Origin: an uncultured delta proteobacterium
GTDB taxonomy: Bacteria > Myxococcota > Myxococcia > Myxococcales > Myxococcaceae
Assembly: GCA_963713045.1 (NCBI GenBank)
Contig: CAVQKE010000003.1
Location: 352,001-416,000 of the forward strand
Length of the DNA: 64,000 bases
Direction of reading: 5' to 3'
The notes beneath the pieces were generated by a model, which saw only the letters and a program-made list of their open reading frames with translations, did not search any database and was not told where the DNA came from. The position numbers and the translations under genes were made by a program. Shown piece by piece: positions 42,014 through 50,771 of the stretch. Each line of letters starts with the position of its first letter. Position 1 is the stretch's first letter.

Positions 42014-43573
42014 ATGCCCCCTCGCTTCGGTCGTGCTGTCTACGGGCTGGCTCTCGTCTTCGGGGTGCTGCCCCTGTGGGCCGCGCGGCAGCTGCCGATG
42101 ACGGACCTCCCCCAGCACCTCGCGCTCATCTCGGCGCTGCACCGGCTGTCGGACCCCACCACCCTCTACCCGGTGGTCTTCGCCGCCCGCGGCGAGCTCA
42201 CCCCCTACCTCGGCTACTACCACCTGGTGTCCCTCCTCAACTGGCTGGTCCCATTGGAATTGGCCAACCGCTGCTTCCTCACCCTGGTGGTGGCCGGGCT
42301 CCCCCTCAGCACGGCCTTTCTGCTGCGCGCGCTGGGCCGTCCGCGCTGGCCGAGTCTGTTGGCTTTACCCTTCAGCTACGGGGACAGCTTCGGCTGGGGC
42401 TTCATCAACTACCTGGCGTCGCTTCCGCTGGCGCTGTTGGCCTGCGGCTGCTTCCTCCGGGCCCTGGAAGACTCTCCGCAACGCCGCCGGTGGGCCCTGG
42501 CCCAGGCGGCGGTGTTGGTGGCCGCCCTCCTGATGCACGTGCAGGCCTTCGTCTTCCTCGCCCTGGCACTGCCCTGGCTGCTGCTCACCACCCCCGTCCA
42601 AGGAGGCTTGCGCGCCCGGCTGCCGGCGATGCTCAGCGTCTTGCCTGCGGTGGCCCTCTTCGCCGTCTGGGGCGCGGGCCGGCTTTTAGCCCCGGCGGAG
42701 GTTGCCGAAGGGGCGCCGTGGAAGGCCTGGGGGCCGCTCTTCTCGGAGAAAAACCTGGCCTTCAAACCGTTCGCCCAAAACCTGGCTGAGTTGCCCCAGG
42801 TCCTCGCCAACCAGCTGCGCGATGGCTCCGACCGCTGGGCCCTGTTGGCGGTGGCCGTGGTGTGGGGGTCCGCCACCCTGGCGGCCCTCTCCGGAGCGCG
42901 GGGCACGACGCGCGAGCAGGGCATCGCCCGGCTGCGGGTCCTCGGCCTGGGCCTTCTTGCCTTGGGCCTCTACTTCACCCTGCCCTTCGACATTCGCGGC
43001 GCCATCTACTACCTCAACACGCGCTACGCCCACCTCGCCGCGGCGCTGGTGGCCGCCTCGGTTCCCCCGCTGGCGCGCCCGCTGCGGCCGCTCTTCCTCG
43101 GGCTTGGTGCCGCGGTGGCCCTCCTGTTGGCCATCCCGCTGGTGGGCGCCTTCCGGGCCTTCGACAGTGAGGCCGCCCCGCTGTTGCGCTTCGCCGCGCT
43201 GACGCCCCCCAAGCCTGCCGTCATGGGCCTCATCTTCAACTGGGGCTCGCGGGTGGTTAGCCACCCCGTGTTTCTGCATGCCGCCAGCGTCCCGGCGCGC
43301 TTGACGGGCGGCATCACCAACTTCAGCTTCGCCCTCACCCCGCATTCTCCGCTGCGCTACCGCGGCCCGCCGCCGCCCAGCTTCCCTTCGGAATGGCACC
43401 CGGAAGGCTTTCGCTGGGAAGGCATGGGCGAGGCCTACAGCCACTTCCTTGTGCGCGGCGTCGCGCCGGAGCGTGTCTTTGGAAGTCACCTCGGCAAGGA
43501 CGTCCACGTCGTCGCCCAGGAAGGCGGCATGTGGTGGCTCCAGCGCGGGCCCACCACCGCTGGGGCGCCATGA
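42014..43573 (+). CDS. Polytopic membrane protein, possibly GT-C glycosyltransferase-like
   Basis: About 11 TM segments, an acidic DLPQH motif after TM1 and a soluble C-terminal domain. The GT-C assignment is inference. Confidence 0.65.
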   Translation: MPPRFGRAVYGLALVFGVLPLWAARQLPMTDLPQHLALISALHRLSDPTTLYPVVFAARGELTPYLGYYHLVSLLNWLVPLELANRCFLTLVVAGLPLSTAFLLRALGRPRWPSLLALPFSYGDSFGWGFINYLASLPLALLACGCFLRALEDSPQRRRWALAQAAVLVAALLMHVQAFVFLALALPWLLLTTPVQGGLRARLPAMLSVLPAVALFAVWGAGRLLAPAEVAEGAPWKAWGPLFSEKNLAFKPFAQNLAELPQVLANQLRDGSDRWALLAVAVVWGSATLAALSGARGTTREQGIARLRVLGLGLLALGLYFTLPFDIRGAIYYLNTRYAHLAAALVAASVPPLARPLRPLFLGLGAAVALLLAIPLVGAFRAFDSEAAPLLRFAALTPPKPAVMGLIFNWGSRVVSHPVFLHAASVPARLTGGITNFSFALTPHSPLRYRGPPPPSFPSEWHPEGFRWEGMGEAYSHFLVRGVAPERVFGSHLGKDVHVVAQEGGMWWLQRGPTTAGAP

Positions 43574-44727
43574 AGCCGGTTTCCCTGGCACAGGCCCTCC
43601 GCGCCTCCGCCACCCCTCCGGAAGGCCAGGACAGTCAGGCCTGGTCGACGGCCCGCGCGGTGTTGCACCAGGAAGCTGCGCCGGAATTGGCCGAGGCGCT
43701 TCCTCAGGCCCTTCTTCTGGCGCTGCTGGACGCGCTGGTGGAAGAGCGCCGGGCCGGCCCGGTGGACGCACTGGCAGTAAGCGCCGCCAAGCCCGTGGCC
43801 AAGGCCGCCCGGCGGGCCCAGTACCGGCTGCGCTCGGCCGGCGTGGCCACCCGCAGCCCGGTGTCCCGGGCACCGGCGGCCGCCCCGGCGGAGGAGGCCA
43901 CACCACAGCTGCCCTCCCTGGTGTCGCCGCCGGACGGCTCCGGAGAAATGCTGCTGCTGGTGGCCCAGTCCATCAAAGGGGGCCTTTCCCTGTACGAAGT
44001 GGTGTTGTCGGATGAAGTCGGGCTTTTGGCTTACCGCGAGCTGGAAGCCAGCCGAAGCGCCTGGCGGCGCACGCTGCGGGAGGCGACCGGGCAGCCGCTT
44101 CGAGAGATTTCCCTGGAGGAGGCCCGGCGGCTTCTGTCCGAGGCCCTCCGCTGCAACCTGGCCACCCATTCGCCCATGCCCAAGGGCGCCGACGGGATGC
44201 TGCGCCGGCTACAGGTGGTGCCGGCCACCACCCCGCTGCCGCCGCTGCCCTCGGTGGAGCCGGGCGACGCCACGCTGGCGCTGGAGGGGGCGCGCCTGCA
44301 TGAGGAGCCCGAGCTGCGCGGTTGGCTGCCCCCAGAGGGGGAACTGAAGCTTTTGGCGGCGCGGGTCCAGGAGGTGCAGTCGAGCCCGCTGGCCCTTTCC
44401 GAGGCGCAGCGGACGGTGCAGCTGGATGAGCGGGTGCGCGCCATGGCCGAAGCCTTCTTCACGCCGGAGCGCTCGCAGCTGTACGCCCGCCGCCTGTGGC
44501 TTCTGGCGGACGTCTTCGAAAGGACCGGCCGGCGCCACCCAGCCGAGGTGGCCCGCGCCGAGGCCCGGCGACTCTTCCACCACGGTAGCGGCCTCTTCTC
44601 CCGCTTCGCCGAGTCCTTGTACGCGAAGCTGCTGCCCCCGGCTGGGGAGGGCACCGGGACAGCCGCCACCCCGGCGACGCCCGGCCCCAAGGAGCGGCGC
44701 ACCAAGGGCGGACTCATCCTTCCCTAG
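43570..44727 (+). CDS. Hypothetical protein
   Basis: 385 aa; ATGA overlap with the upstream gene; GC3-biased codons. Confidence 0.7.
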   Translation: MKPVSLAQALRASATPPEGQDSQAWSTARAVLHQEAAPELAEALPQALLLALLDALVEERRAGPVDALAVSAAKPVAKAARRAQYRLRSAGVATRSPVSRAPAAAPAEEATPQLPSLVSPPDGSGEMLLLVAQSIKGGLSLYEVVLSDEVGLLAYRELEASRSAWRRTLREATGQPLREISLEEARRLLSEALRCNLATHSPMPKGADGMLRRLQVVPATTPLPPLPSVEPGDATLALEGARLHEEPELRGWLPPEGELKLLAARVQEVQSSPLALSEAQRTVQLDERVRAMAEAFFTPERSQLYARRLWLLADVFERTGRRHPAEVARAEARRLFHHGSGLFSRFAESLYAKLLPPAGEGTGTAATPATPGPKERRTKGGLILP

Positions 44728-44805
44728 CAGCGTCGGGGCTGTCGGGCATTTTCCGGGGTGGACGGCCGGGGCCGCGCAGAGCTAACCAGGGCCAGCCTCT
44801 GGCCC

Positions 44806-45618
44806 ATGTACGCGCCCTTCTTCCACGGGCTTCGCCCCACGCTGCACATCGCACACCGCGGCGGGGCGGCGCTTGCTCCGGAAAACACCGAGGCCGCCTT
44901 TCGGGCGGCGGTGGAGCGCTGGCGCACGGACATGTTGGAACTGGACGTGCACCTCACCGCCGACGGCGCGTTGGTGGTGGCCCATGACGACACCCTGGAG
45001 CGATGCACCAACGGCGAGGGCCGCATCGCGGACTCCACCCTCGGGCAACTGCAGCGCCTGGATGCCGGCTACCGCTTCACGCCAGACGGGGGCCACACCT
45101 TCCCCTTTCGAGGCCAGGGCGTGCGCATGCCCTCCCTGCGCGAGGTGCTGCTGGCCTACCCAGGCCTGCCCCTCAACGTCGAGCTGAAGCAGGCGACGCC
45201 CGGCGCCGCCGAGGCGCTGGCCAAGGAAGTGAGGGGGATGGGCGCTGGCCCGCGCGTCTGCATCGGCAGCGAACTGGAGGCGCTCAGCCAGGTGCTGGTG
45301 ACTCTCCTCCCGGAGGTCACGCACTTCTACCCGGGCGCGGCGCTCCAACGGGCGGTGTTGGCCGTCAAGTCCGGAGAGCCGCTGGCCGATGACGGCCCCT
45401 ACGGCGTCCTGGACATGCCCTACCGCTACGCGGACACCGTCCTGGTGGACGCAGATTTCCTCGCGGCCACCGGCCGGGCCGGCAAGTGGGTCAACGTCTG
45501 GACGGTGGACGCCGAGGAGGACATGCGCACGCTGGTCGGGTTGCGGGTGGGCGGCATCATGACAGACCGGCCGGACAGGCTTCGCGCCGTCCTCGACGCC
45601 GCCCAGGAGAGCCACTAG
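44806..45618 (+). CDS. Glycerophosphodiester phosphodiesterase
   Basis: IAHRGG, PENT, ELDVH, HD, NVELK, WTVD and IMTDRP. Confidence 0.95.
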   Translation: MYAPFFHGLRPTLHIAHRGGAALAPENTEAAFRAAVERWRTDMLELDVHLTADGALVVAHDDTLERCTNGEGRIADSTLGQLQRLDAGYRFTPDGGHTFPFRGQGVRMPSLREVLLAYPGLPLNVELKQATPGAAEALAKEVRGMGAGPRVCIGSELEALSQVLVTLLPEVTHFYPGAALQRAVLAVKSGEPLADDGPYGVLDMPYRYADTVLVDADFLAATGRAGKWVNVWTVDAEEDMRTLVGLRVGGIMTDRPDRLRAVLDAAQESH

Positions 45619-45623
45619 CCCCC

Positions 45624-46139
45624 ATGCTTGCGCCCAAGTCACCCGGGGAGAGTGAGGCGGTGATGACGCAAGTCATCCTCCCCTCGGACGCCAACCCCCT
45701 CAGCGCAGCCTTCGGTGGCCGCATCATGGAGTGGATAGACATCTGCGCCGGCGTGGCAGCCGGGCGCCACTGCCGGCATGCCGTGGTGACGGCCTCCATG
45801 GACGACTTGCACTTCCACACCCCCATTCACGTCGGCTGGGTGGTGACGCTGCGGGCCCGGGTGCTGGCCGCCTTCCGCACCTCGATGGAGGTGGGCGTCA
45901 CAGTCCACGCCGAGGACATTCTCAGCGGGGCCCAACACCTCACCACCAGCGCACTGTTGACGTTCGTCGCCCTCAATCCGGATGGCAGCAAAGCCCTCGT
46001 CCCCCCGCTGCTGCTGGAAACCGAGGAGGACCGCACGGCCAGTGCCGGTGCGCAGGAGCGGCGCAAAGCGCGCCTCAAACGCAAGGAGGCCGGGGGCAGC
46101 TGGCAGGCCGCGCTGCGCGGCAGCCACGACGGAGGCTGA
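45624..46139 (+). CDS. Acyl-CoA thioesterase (hotdog fold, YciA-like)
   Basis: DAN...FGGRIMEWID, VTASMD, TSMEVGV and TFVAL. Confidence 0.93.
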   Translation: MLAPKSPGESEAVMTQVILPSDANPLSAAFGGRIMEWIDICAGVAAGRHCRHAVVTASMDDLHFHTPIHVGWVVTLRARVLAAFRTSMEVGVTVHAEDILSGAQHLTTSALLTFVALNPDGSKALVPPLLLETEEDRTASAGAQERRKARLKRKEAGGSWQAALRGSHDGG

Positions 46140-46155
46140 GTCCCGGGGGGGGACG

Positions 46156-46536
46156 TCAGGTCGAGAAGGAGGTTCCGCAGCCGCAGGTGGACTTGGCGTT
46201 GGGGTTACTGAATTTGAAGCCAGCGCCGGTGGAGCCCACCACGTAGTCCACCTCGGTGCCGGCGAGGTAGGTGTTGCTGAGGGCGTCCGTCACCAGCTTC
46301 ACGCCGTCCTGCTCGCCCGTCAGCTCGCCAGGCTGGACGTCCTTCACCAGATTCAAGTCGTAGCCGAAACCACTGCAACCGGACGGGACGACGCGGACCG
46401 ACAGGTAGTAGCCGTCGAAGTTTTGCTGCTTCTGGACTGCCTTCACCTGCTCCACCGCCCGCGCCGTCAGGCGCAAGGGGAAGGCGCTGCCCTGGGTGGA
46501 AACGGGCGCCGGTGTGGGAGTGCTTTGAATGTCCAT
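46156..46536 (-). CDS. iscA: A-type Fe-S carrier (IscA/ErpA/HesB family)
   Basis: GCSG and NPNAKSTCGCGTSF. Confidence 0.9.
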   Translation of the reverse strand: MDIQSTPTPAPVSTQGSAFPLRLTARAVEQVKAVQKQQNFDGYYLSVRVVPSGCSGFGYDLNLVKDVQPGELTGEQDGVKLVTDALSNTYLAGTEVDYVVGSTGAGFKFSNPNAKSTCGCGTSFST

Positions 46537-46629
46537 ACCCCAACCATATAGCGGCCAGGGCCGACCGAGTCCACGCCAAGGGCCAGCGCAGCGGGGCCGG
46601 GGCGGAAGCTGCCTGGACGTCCTGCCCCG

Positions 46630-47412
46630 CTAGAGGCTTCGGGCCCCCCGCAGTCGGCCACCGTCCACCGCCACCACCTGCCCGGTAATGAAGTCCGGCC
46701 CCGTCACGAGGAAGCGCACCGTCTCCGCCACGTCCTCCGGCCGCCCAAACCGCTGAAGCGGGATGCGCTGGCGCAGCGTCTCGCGCTCAGCAGCCCCCAT
46801 CGCCTCCGGCGGCAGCACTGTCCCGGGCGCCACGGCATTCACCCGCACCGCCGGCGCCAATTCCAGCGCCAGCACCTGTGTCAGCATGGCCAGCGCCGCC
46901 TTGGACATGCAGTAGGCGGCATAGCCGGCCCAGGGGACGACGCCACCGCCAATGTCCAGGACGTTGAGAATGTCCCCCTGCCCTCGGGCCAACATGCCCT
47001 TGGCAACCGCGCGCGTCAGGCGGAATGGCGCCCGGGCGTTGAGGCGCCACAGGCTGTCGAGGAGGGCGTCCTCCGTCTGAAGGAAGTCCGCCCGCTGAAA
47101 CAGCGCCGCGCTATTCACCAGCACCGACACCTCCCCCAGCTGGCGCTCCACCCTGGGGAGCAGTCCGTCGAGGGAGGCGTCGTCTTGGAGGTCCGCACCG
47201 AAGGCCTCTGCCCGGTGCCCCTGCGCCCGCAGCGCAGCAACCAAGGCCACCGCCTCATCTTCCGAGTCGTGGTAGTGCAGGGCGACGCTGGCGCCGGCGT
47301 CGGCCAGACCCTCGGCGATGGCGCGGCCAAGCCGGATGGCCGCCCCCGTCACCAGAGCGACCCGCCCATCCAACCTGCGCTCCACAGCGGCCACACCTCG
47401 CCCCTTCCCCAC
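46630..47412 (-). CDS. SDR oxidoreductase, pteridine reductase-like
   Basis: TGAAIRLG, NSA, YCMSK, VNAVAPG and VDGGR. The true start may be a few codons downstream. Confidence 0.88.
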   Translation of the reverse strand: MGKGRGVAAVERRLDGRVALVTGAAIRLGRAIAEGLADAGASVALHYHDSEDEAVALVAALRAQGHRAEAFGADLQDDASLDGLLPRVERQLGEVSVLVNSAALFQRADFLQTEDALLDSLWRLNARAPFRLTRAVAKGMLARGQGDILNVLDIGGGVVPWAGYAAYCMSKAALAMLTQVLALELAPAVRVNAVAPGTVLPPEAMGAAERETLRQRIPLQRFGRPEDVAETVRFLVTGPDFITGQVVAVDGGRLRGARSL

Positions 47413-47474
47413 AGGGGGGGCCTGCCCCTCTGCGGCGGCCCCTCAAAAGCCTGTTATACCCAAGCCCTTCGGCC

Positions 47475-48644
47475 ATGCCCTCGTACCGTGAGCTACTGGC
47501 CCGCGCCCGGGCCGAGACGCCCGAAATTTCGGTGGAGTCGCTGCGCACCCTTCTGGCCAGCGAAAGCGGCGTGACGCTGCTCGACGTCCGCGACGCCGAC
47601 GAATCCGCCGAGGGCCACATTCCCGGCGCGCTGCTGCTTCCCCGCGCCTGGCTGGAGCTTCGGGTGGAGGCGCTTGTGCCGCGCGACGCTCCGCTGGTGG
47701 TGTACTGCCAAAGTGGTGACCGCTCCGCCCTGGCCGCCCGCAGTCTGGCGGCCCTGGGCTACACCAACGTACGCAATCTGGCCGGGGGTTTCGGCCGGTG
47801 GAGCGACGCCGGTCTGCCCTCGGAAAGGCCCAAGGTGCTGCGCCCAGACCAGCGGGCCCGCTACCGCCGCCACCTGACGCTTCAGGAAGTCGGCGAGGCG
47901 GGGCAGGCGAAGCTTTTGGCAGGGCGAGTCCTCATTCTCGGAGCCGGCGGCCTGGGCTCGCCGGCGGCGCTTTACCTGGCCGCTGCCGGCGTGGGCACCT
48001 TGGGCATTGTCGACTCGGACCTGGTCGAGGCCAGCAACCTGCAGCGCCAAGTGCTGCACACCGTCCAGCGCACCGGCCGGCCGAAGACGGAGAGTGCCCG
48101 GGAGGCCCTGGAGGCCCTCAACCCGGACGTGCGGGTGGTGTGCTTCCAGGAGCGGTTGAGCGCGGCCAATGCCGAGCGCATTTTGGAAGACTTCGACGTG
48201 GTGCTGGACGGCGGGGACAATTTCCCGACGCGCTACCTCCTCAACGACGCCTGCGTCCTCCTCCGCAAGCCGCTGGTCCACGGCAGCGTCTTTCGCTTCG
48301 AAGGGCAAGTCACCACCGTGCTTCCTGGCCAGGGGCCGTGCTACCGGTGCCTCTACCCAACGCCTCCGCCGGCTGAATTGGCACCTTCCTGTGCAGAGGC
48401 GGGCGTCCTCGGCGTTCTTCCCGGCGTCATCGGGCTGCTTCAGGCCACCGAAGCGCTGAAGCTGCTGTTGGGGGTGGGAGCTCCCCTGGTGGGGCGGCTC
48501 CTCACCTACGACGCCTTGGCGGGCCACTTCGGGGAGCTTCAGCTGCGGCGCGACAGCGCCTGCCGCAGCTGCGGCGAGGGGGCGCGGCCCCACCTCGAAG
48601 ACACACCGGACGCGTGTGCGCCAACTCCCCATGCCCGTGCGTGA
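47475..48644 (+). CDS. moeB: Rhodanese-MoeB fusion (MoeZ-type sulfur-carrier adenylyltransferase)
   Basis: N-terminal rhodanese (YCQSGDRS), then RYRRH, GAGGLG, SNLQRQ, CYRC, SCAEAGV and CRSC. Confidence 0.92.
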   Translation: MPSYRELLARARAETPEISVESLRTLLASESGVTLLDVRDADESAEGHIPGALLLPRAWLELRVEALVPRDAPLVVYCQSGDRSALAARSLAALGYTNVRNLAGGFGRWSDAGLPSERPKVLRPDQRARYRRHLTLQEVGEAGQAKLLAGRVLILGAGGLGSPAALYLAAAGVGTLGIVDSDLVEASNLQRQVLHTVQRTGRPKTESAREALEALNPDVRVVCFQERLSAANAERILEDFDVVLDGGDNFPTRYLLNDACVLLRKPLVHGSVFRFEGQVTTVLPGQGPCYRCLYPTPPPAELAPSCAEAGVLGVLPGVIGLLQATEALKLLLGVGAPLVGRLLTYDALAGHFGELQLRRDSACRSCGEGARPHLEDTPDACAPTPHARA

Positions 48645-48960
48645 AATTGCGCCTCAGGCGCTGAAGGCGAAGCTTGCGCGCCAGGGCGAGCCCCTGGTGC
48701 TGCTGGACGTGCGGACGCCGCAGGAGCACGCGCTGGTGGCGCTGGCCGACTCGGTCCTCATCCCCCTTCAGGAATTCCATCAGCGCCTCGCGGAGCTCGA
48801 CGCCCTCAAGGGCAAGCAGGTGGTGGCGTACTGCCACACCGGGGTGCGCAGCTTCCACGCCGCAGCGTTTCTCGCCTCGCGCGGCATCGACGCCACCTCG
48901 CTGGCGGGAGGCATTGACCTCTACGCAGCGGAAGTCGACCCGCGCTTGCCGCGGTACTGA
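48631..48960 (+). CDS. Single-domain rhodanese
   Basis: LLDVR, YCHTGVRS, LAGGID and DPRLPRY; overlaps moeB by 14 nt. Confidence 0.9.
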   Translation: MPVREIAPQALKAKLARQGEPLVLLDVRTPQEHALVALADSVLIPLQEFHQRLAELDALKGKQVVAYCHTGVRSFHAAAFLASRGIDATSLAGGIDLYAAEVDPRLPRY

Positions 48961-48971
48961 AGGGGCATGCG

Positions 48972-50024
48972 TTGCAGTCGCCTGTGCTGCGCGTGACAAG
49001 GCTGACCCCAACCGACTGGCCAGTCCTCAAAGCCACCCGTCTGGCCGCCCTGCGGGAGGCGCCCCACGCTTTCACCTCGCGGTATGACGTCGAGGTCGCC
49101 AAGCCGGACGCAGCCTGGCAGCAGATGGCGGCCGCCAACGCCTCCGACGAGACGAGCGCCGGCTTTCTCGCCTACGAGGGAGTCAACCCGGTCGGCCTTC
49201 TGGCTGCCGTCTGGCAGGACAAGGCGCAGGGGTTGGTGCGGCTGGTGTCGCTGTGGGTGTCGCCCGCCAGCCGCCACCAGGGGGTGGCCTCTCAACTGGT
49301 TGAGAACGCCTTGGGCTGGGCCCGCGCTGTCGGCGCGCTCGCCGGCGAGGCGGAGGTGACGGAAGAGAACCACCCAGCGGAAGTCTTCTATTGGCGGCGG
49401 GGCTTTCGGCGGGTGCCTGCGTCCAGGAAGGGCATCTCGCGCTGGCTGAGGAACGTGGGCGAAGCCCAGGTGCCGGCTTGGCCGGGCGAGGACGAGGCAG
49501 TGCGTCTCGTCGAGAGCGACCCCGGTTGGCCCGCCAAATTCGAGGACGAGCGCCGGCGACTCACCCCTGCGCTTTCCCCCTGGCTGGTGGGGACAGTGGA
49601 GCACGTCGGCAGCACGTCCGTTCCGGGCCTGCTGGCCAAGCCCATCGTGGACGTGGCGGCGCGCGTCTTCAGCCTGGAGGCTTCCTGCGCGGCCATCCCC
49701 GTGCTGGAAGGGCTGGGCTACCTGTACGCCCCCTACCGGGCGCGCCAGCACTGGTTCTGTAAGCCATCGCCCGCGCACCGGGAATTTCACCTCACCCTTC
49801 TGGAGCGCAGCGACGCCGAATGGGCGCGGCGGCTGGCCTTCCGCAACCTCTTGCGGGCCGACGCAGCGGTGGCCCGCGCCTACACCGAGGTGAAACAGGA
49901 CGCGGCGCGCCAATACGCCACCGACCGCGAGGCCTACACCCAGGCCAAGTCCCGCTTCGTCGACGCCGTCAGCGAGGAGGCACTTGGCTTGGGCTACTTC
50001 CAAGCGGAGACCAGCGGCGCCTGA
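48972..50024 (+). CDS. GNAT acetyltransferase - GrpB (UPF0157) fusion protein
   Basis: N-half: LWVSPASRHQGVA and N..A..FY...GF. C-half: WP..F..E, EHVGSTSVPGLLAKPIVD, FRNLLR and Y..AK. Confidence 0.85.
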   Translation: MQSPVLRVTRLTPTDWPVLKATRLAALREAPHAFTSRYDVEVAKPDAAWQQMAAANASDETSAGFLAYEGVNPVGLLAAVWQDKAQGLVRLVSLWVSPASRHQGVASQLVENALGWARAVGALAGEAEVTEENHPAEVFYWRRGFRRVPASRKGISRWLRNVGEAQVPAWPGEDEAVRLVESDPGWPAKFEDERRRLTPALSPWLVGTVEHVGSTSVPGLLAKPIVDVAARVFSLEASCAAIPVLEGLGYLYAPYRARQHWFCKPSPAHREFHLTLLERSDAEWARRLAFRNLLRADAAVARAYTEVKQDAARQYATDREAYTQAKSRFVDAVSEEALGLGYFQAETSGA

Positions 50025-50061
50025 AGCCTCCCCGTGCCCTGGGCGGGGCCGATGGGCGACT

Positions 50062-50532
50062 TCAAACGCGCATCAGGTAGACCGGCGGCGGCACACCGGG
50101 CTGAAAGCCGCAGGCGCGGTAGAAGGCGACGGCGCCGGGGTTGTCGGCCAGCACCCACAGCTCCCGAAGGTGGTGGGCCTTCATCCACACTTCGAGGGCA
50201 TTCAGCAAGGCCCGGCCGACGCCCTGTCGTCGGCGGGCGGTGCGCACTCCAATTTCGTAGAGGAGGACTTCCAGCGGAGGACCGGCCCGCTTTCGCAAGA
50301 GACAGCACTGCAAATGCCCCACCACCTCGTCCTCGACTTGGGCGATGAAGTGCAGCAGCCCGTCGTCGGTGAGGTAGGCGCGCGCCGCGTCGTGTGCCAG
50401 TGGCGCCCGTGGTGCCCCGCGACCGGCGACGTCGAAGTCAGCATCCTCGCGCGCCAGCACCTCCAGAATGGCTTCGTCTGCCGCGCCGAGTCGCCGCACC
50501 GACAGCGCGCTGGGAGGTCGAGTCGGTTTCAC
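50062..50532 (-). CDS. GNAT family N-acetyltransferase
   Basis: LYEIGV...RRQGVGRAL and NPGAVAFYRACGF. Start uncertain. Confidence 0.85.
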   Translation of the reverse strand: MKPTRPPSALSVRRLGAADEAILEVLAREDADFDVAGRGAPRAPLAHDAARAYLTDDGLLHFIAQVEDEVVGHLQCCLLRKRAGPPLEVLLYEIGVRTARRRQGVGRALLNALEVWMKAHHLRELWVLADNPGAVAFYRACGFQPGVPPPVYLMRV

Positions 50533-50771
50533 CGGTAGCCGGGGGCAGGGTTGGACGACTGGCTGGTGCCGTCGGCATGGACGCGGGTGCCGATGCGTCC
50601 ATTCCCGGTGCACCACCCCGGTCGGGTTTGTAGCGCCTCTTCCCCCGTGTCGTCGACCCCGGCTTTGCCCGCTGAGGTCCCGTTGGTTTCGGGCGCCTTG
50701 GGACAGCTGTGCTGCGGGCGAGCGTCCGCTGGCGCGGTCGCGCCACGGCGGCTACAAGTGCCGGTCCCCGC

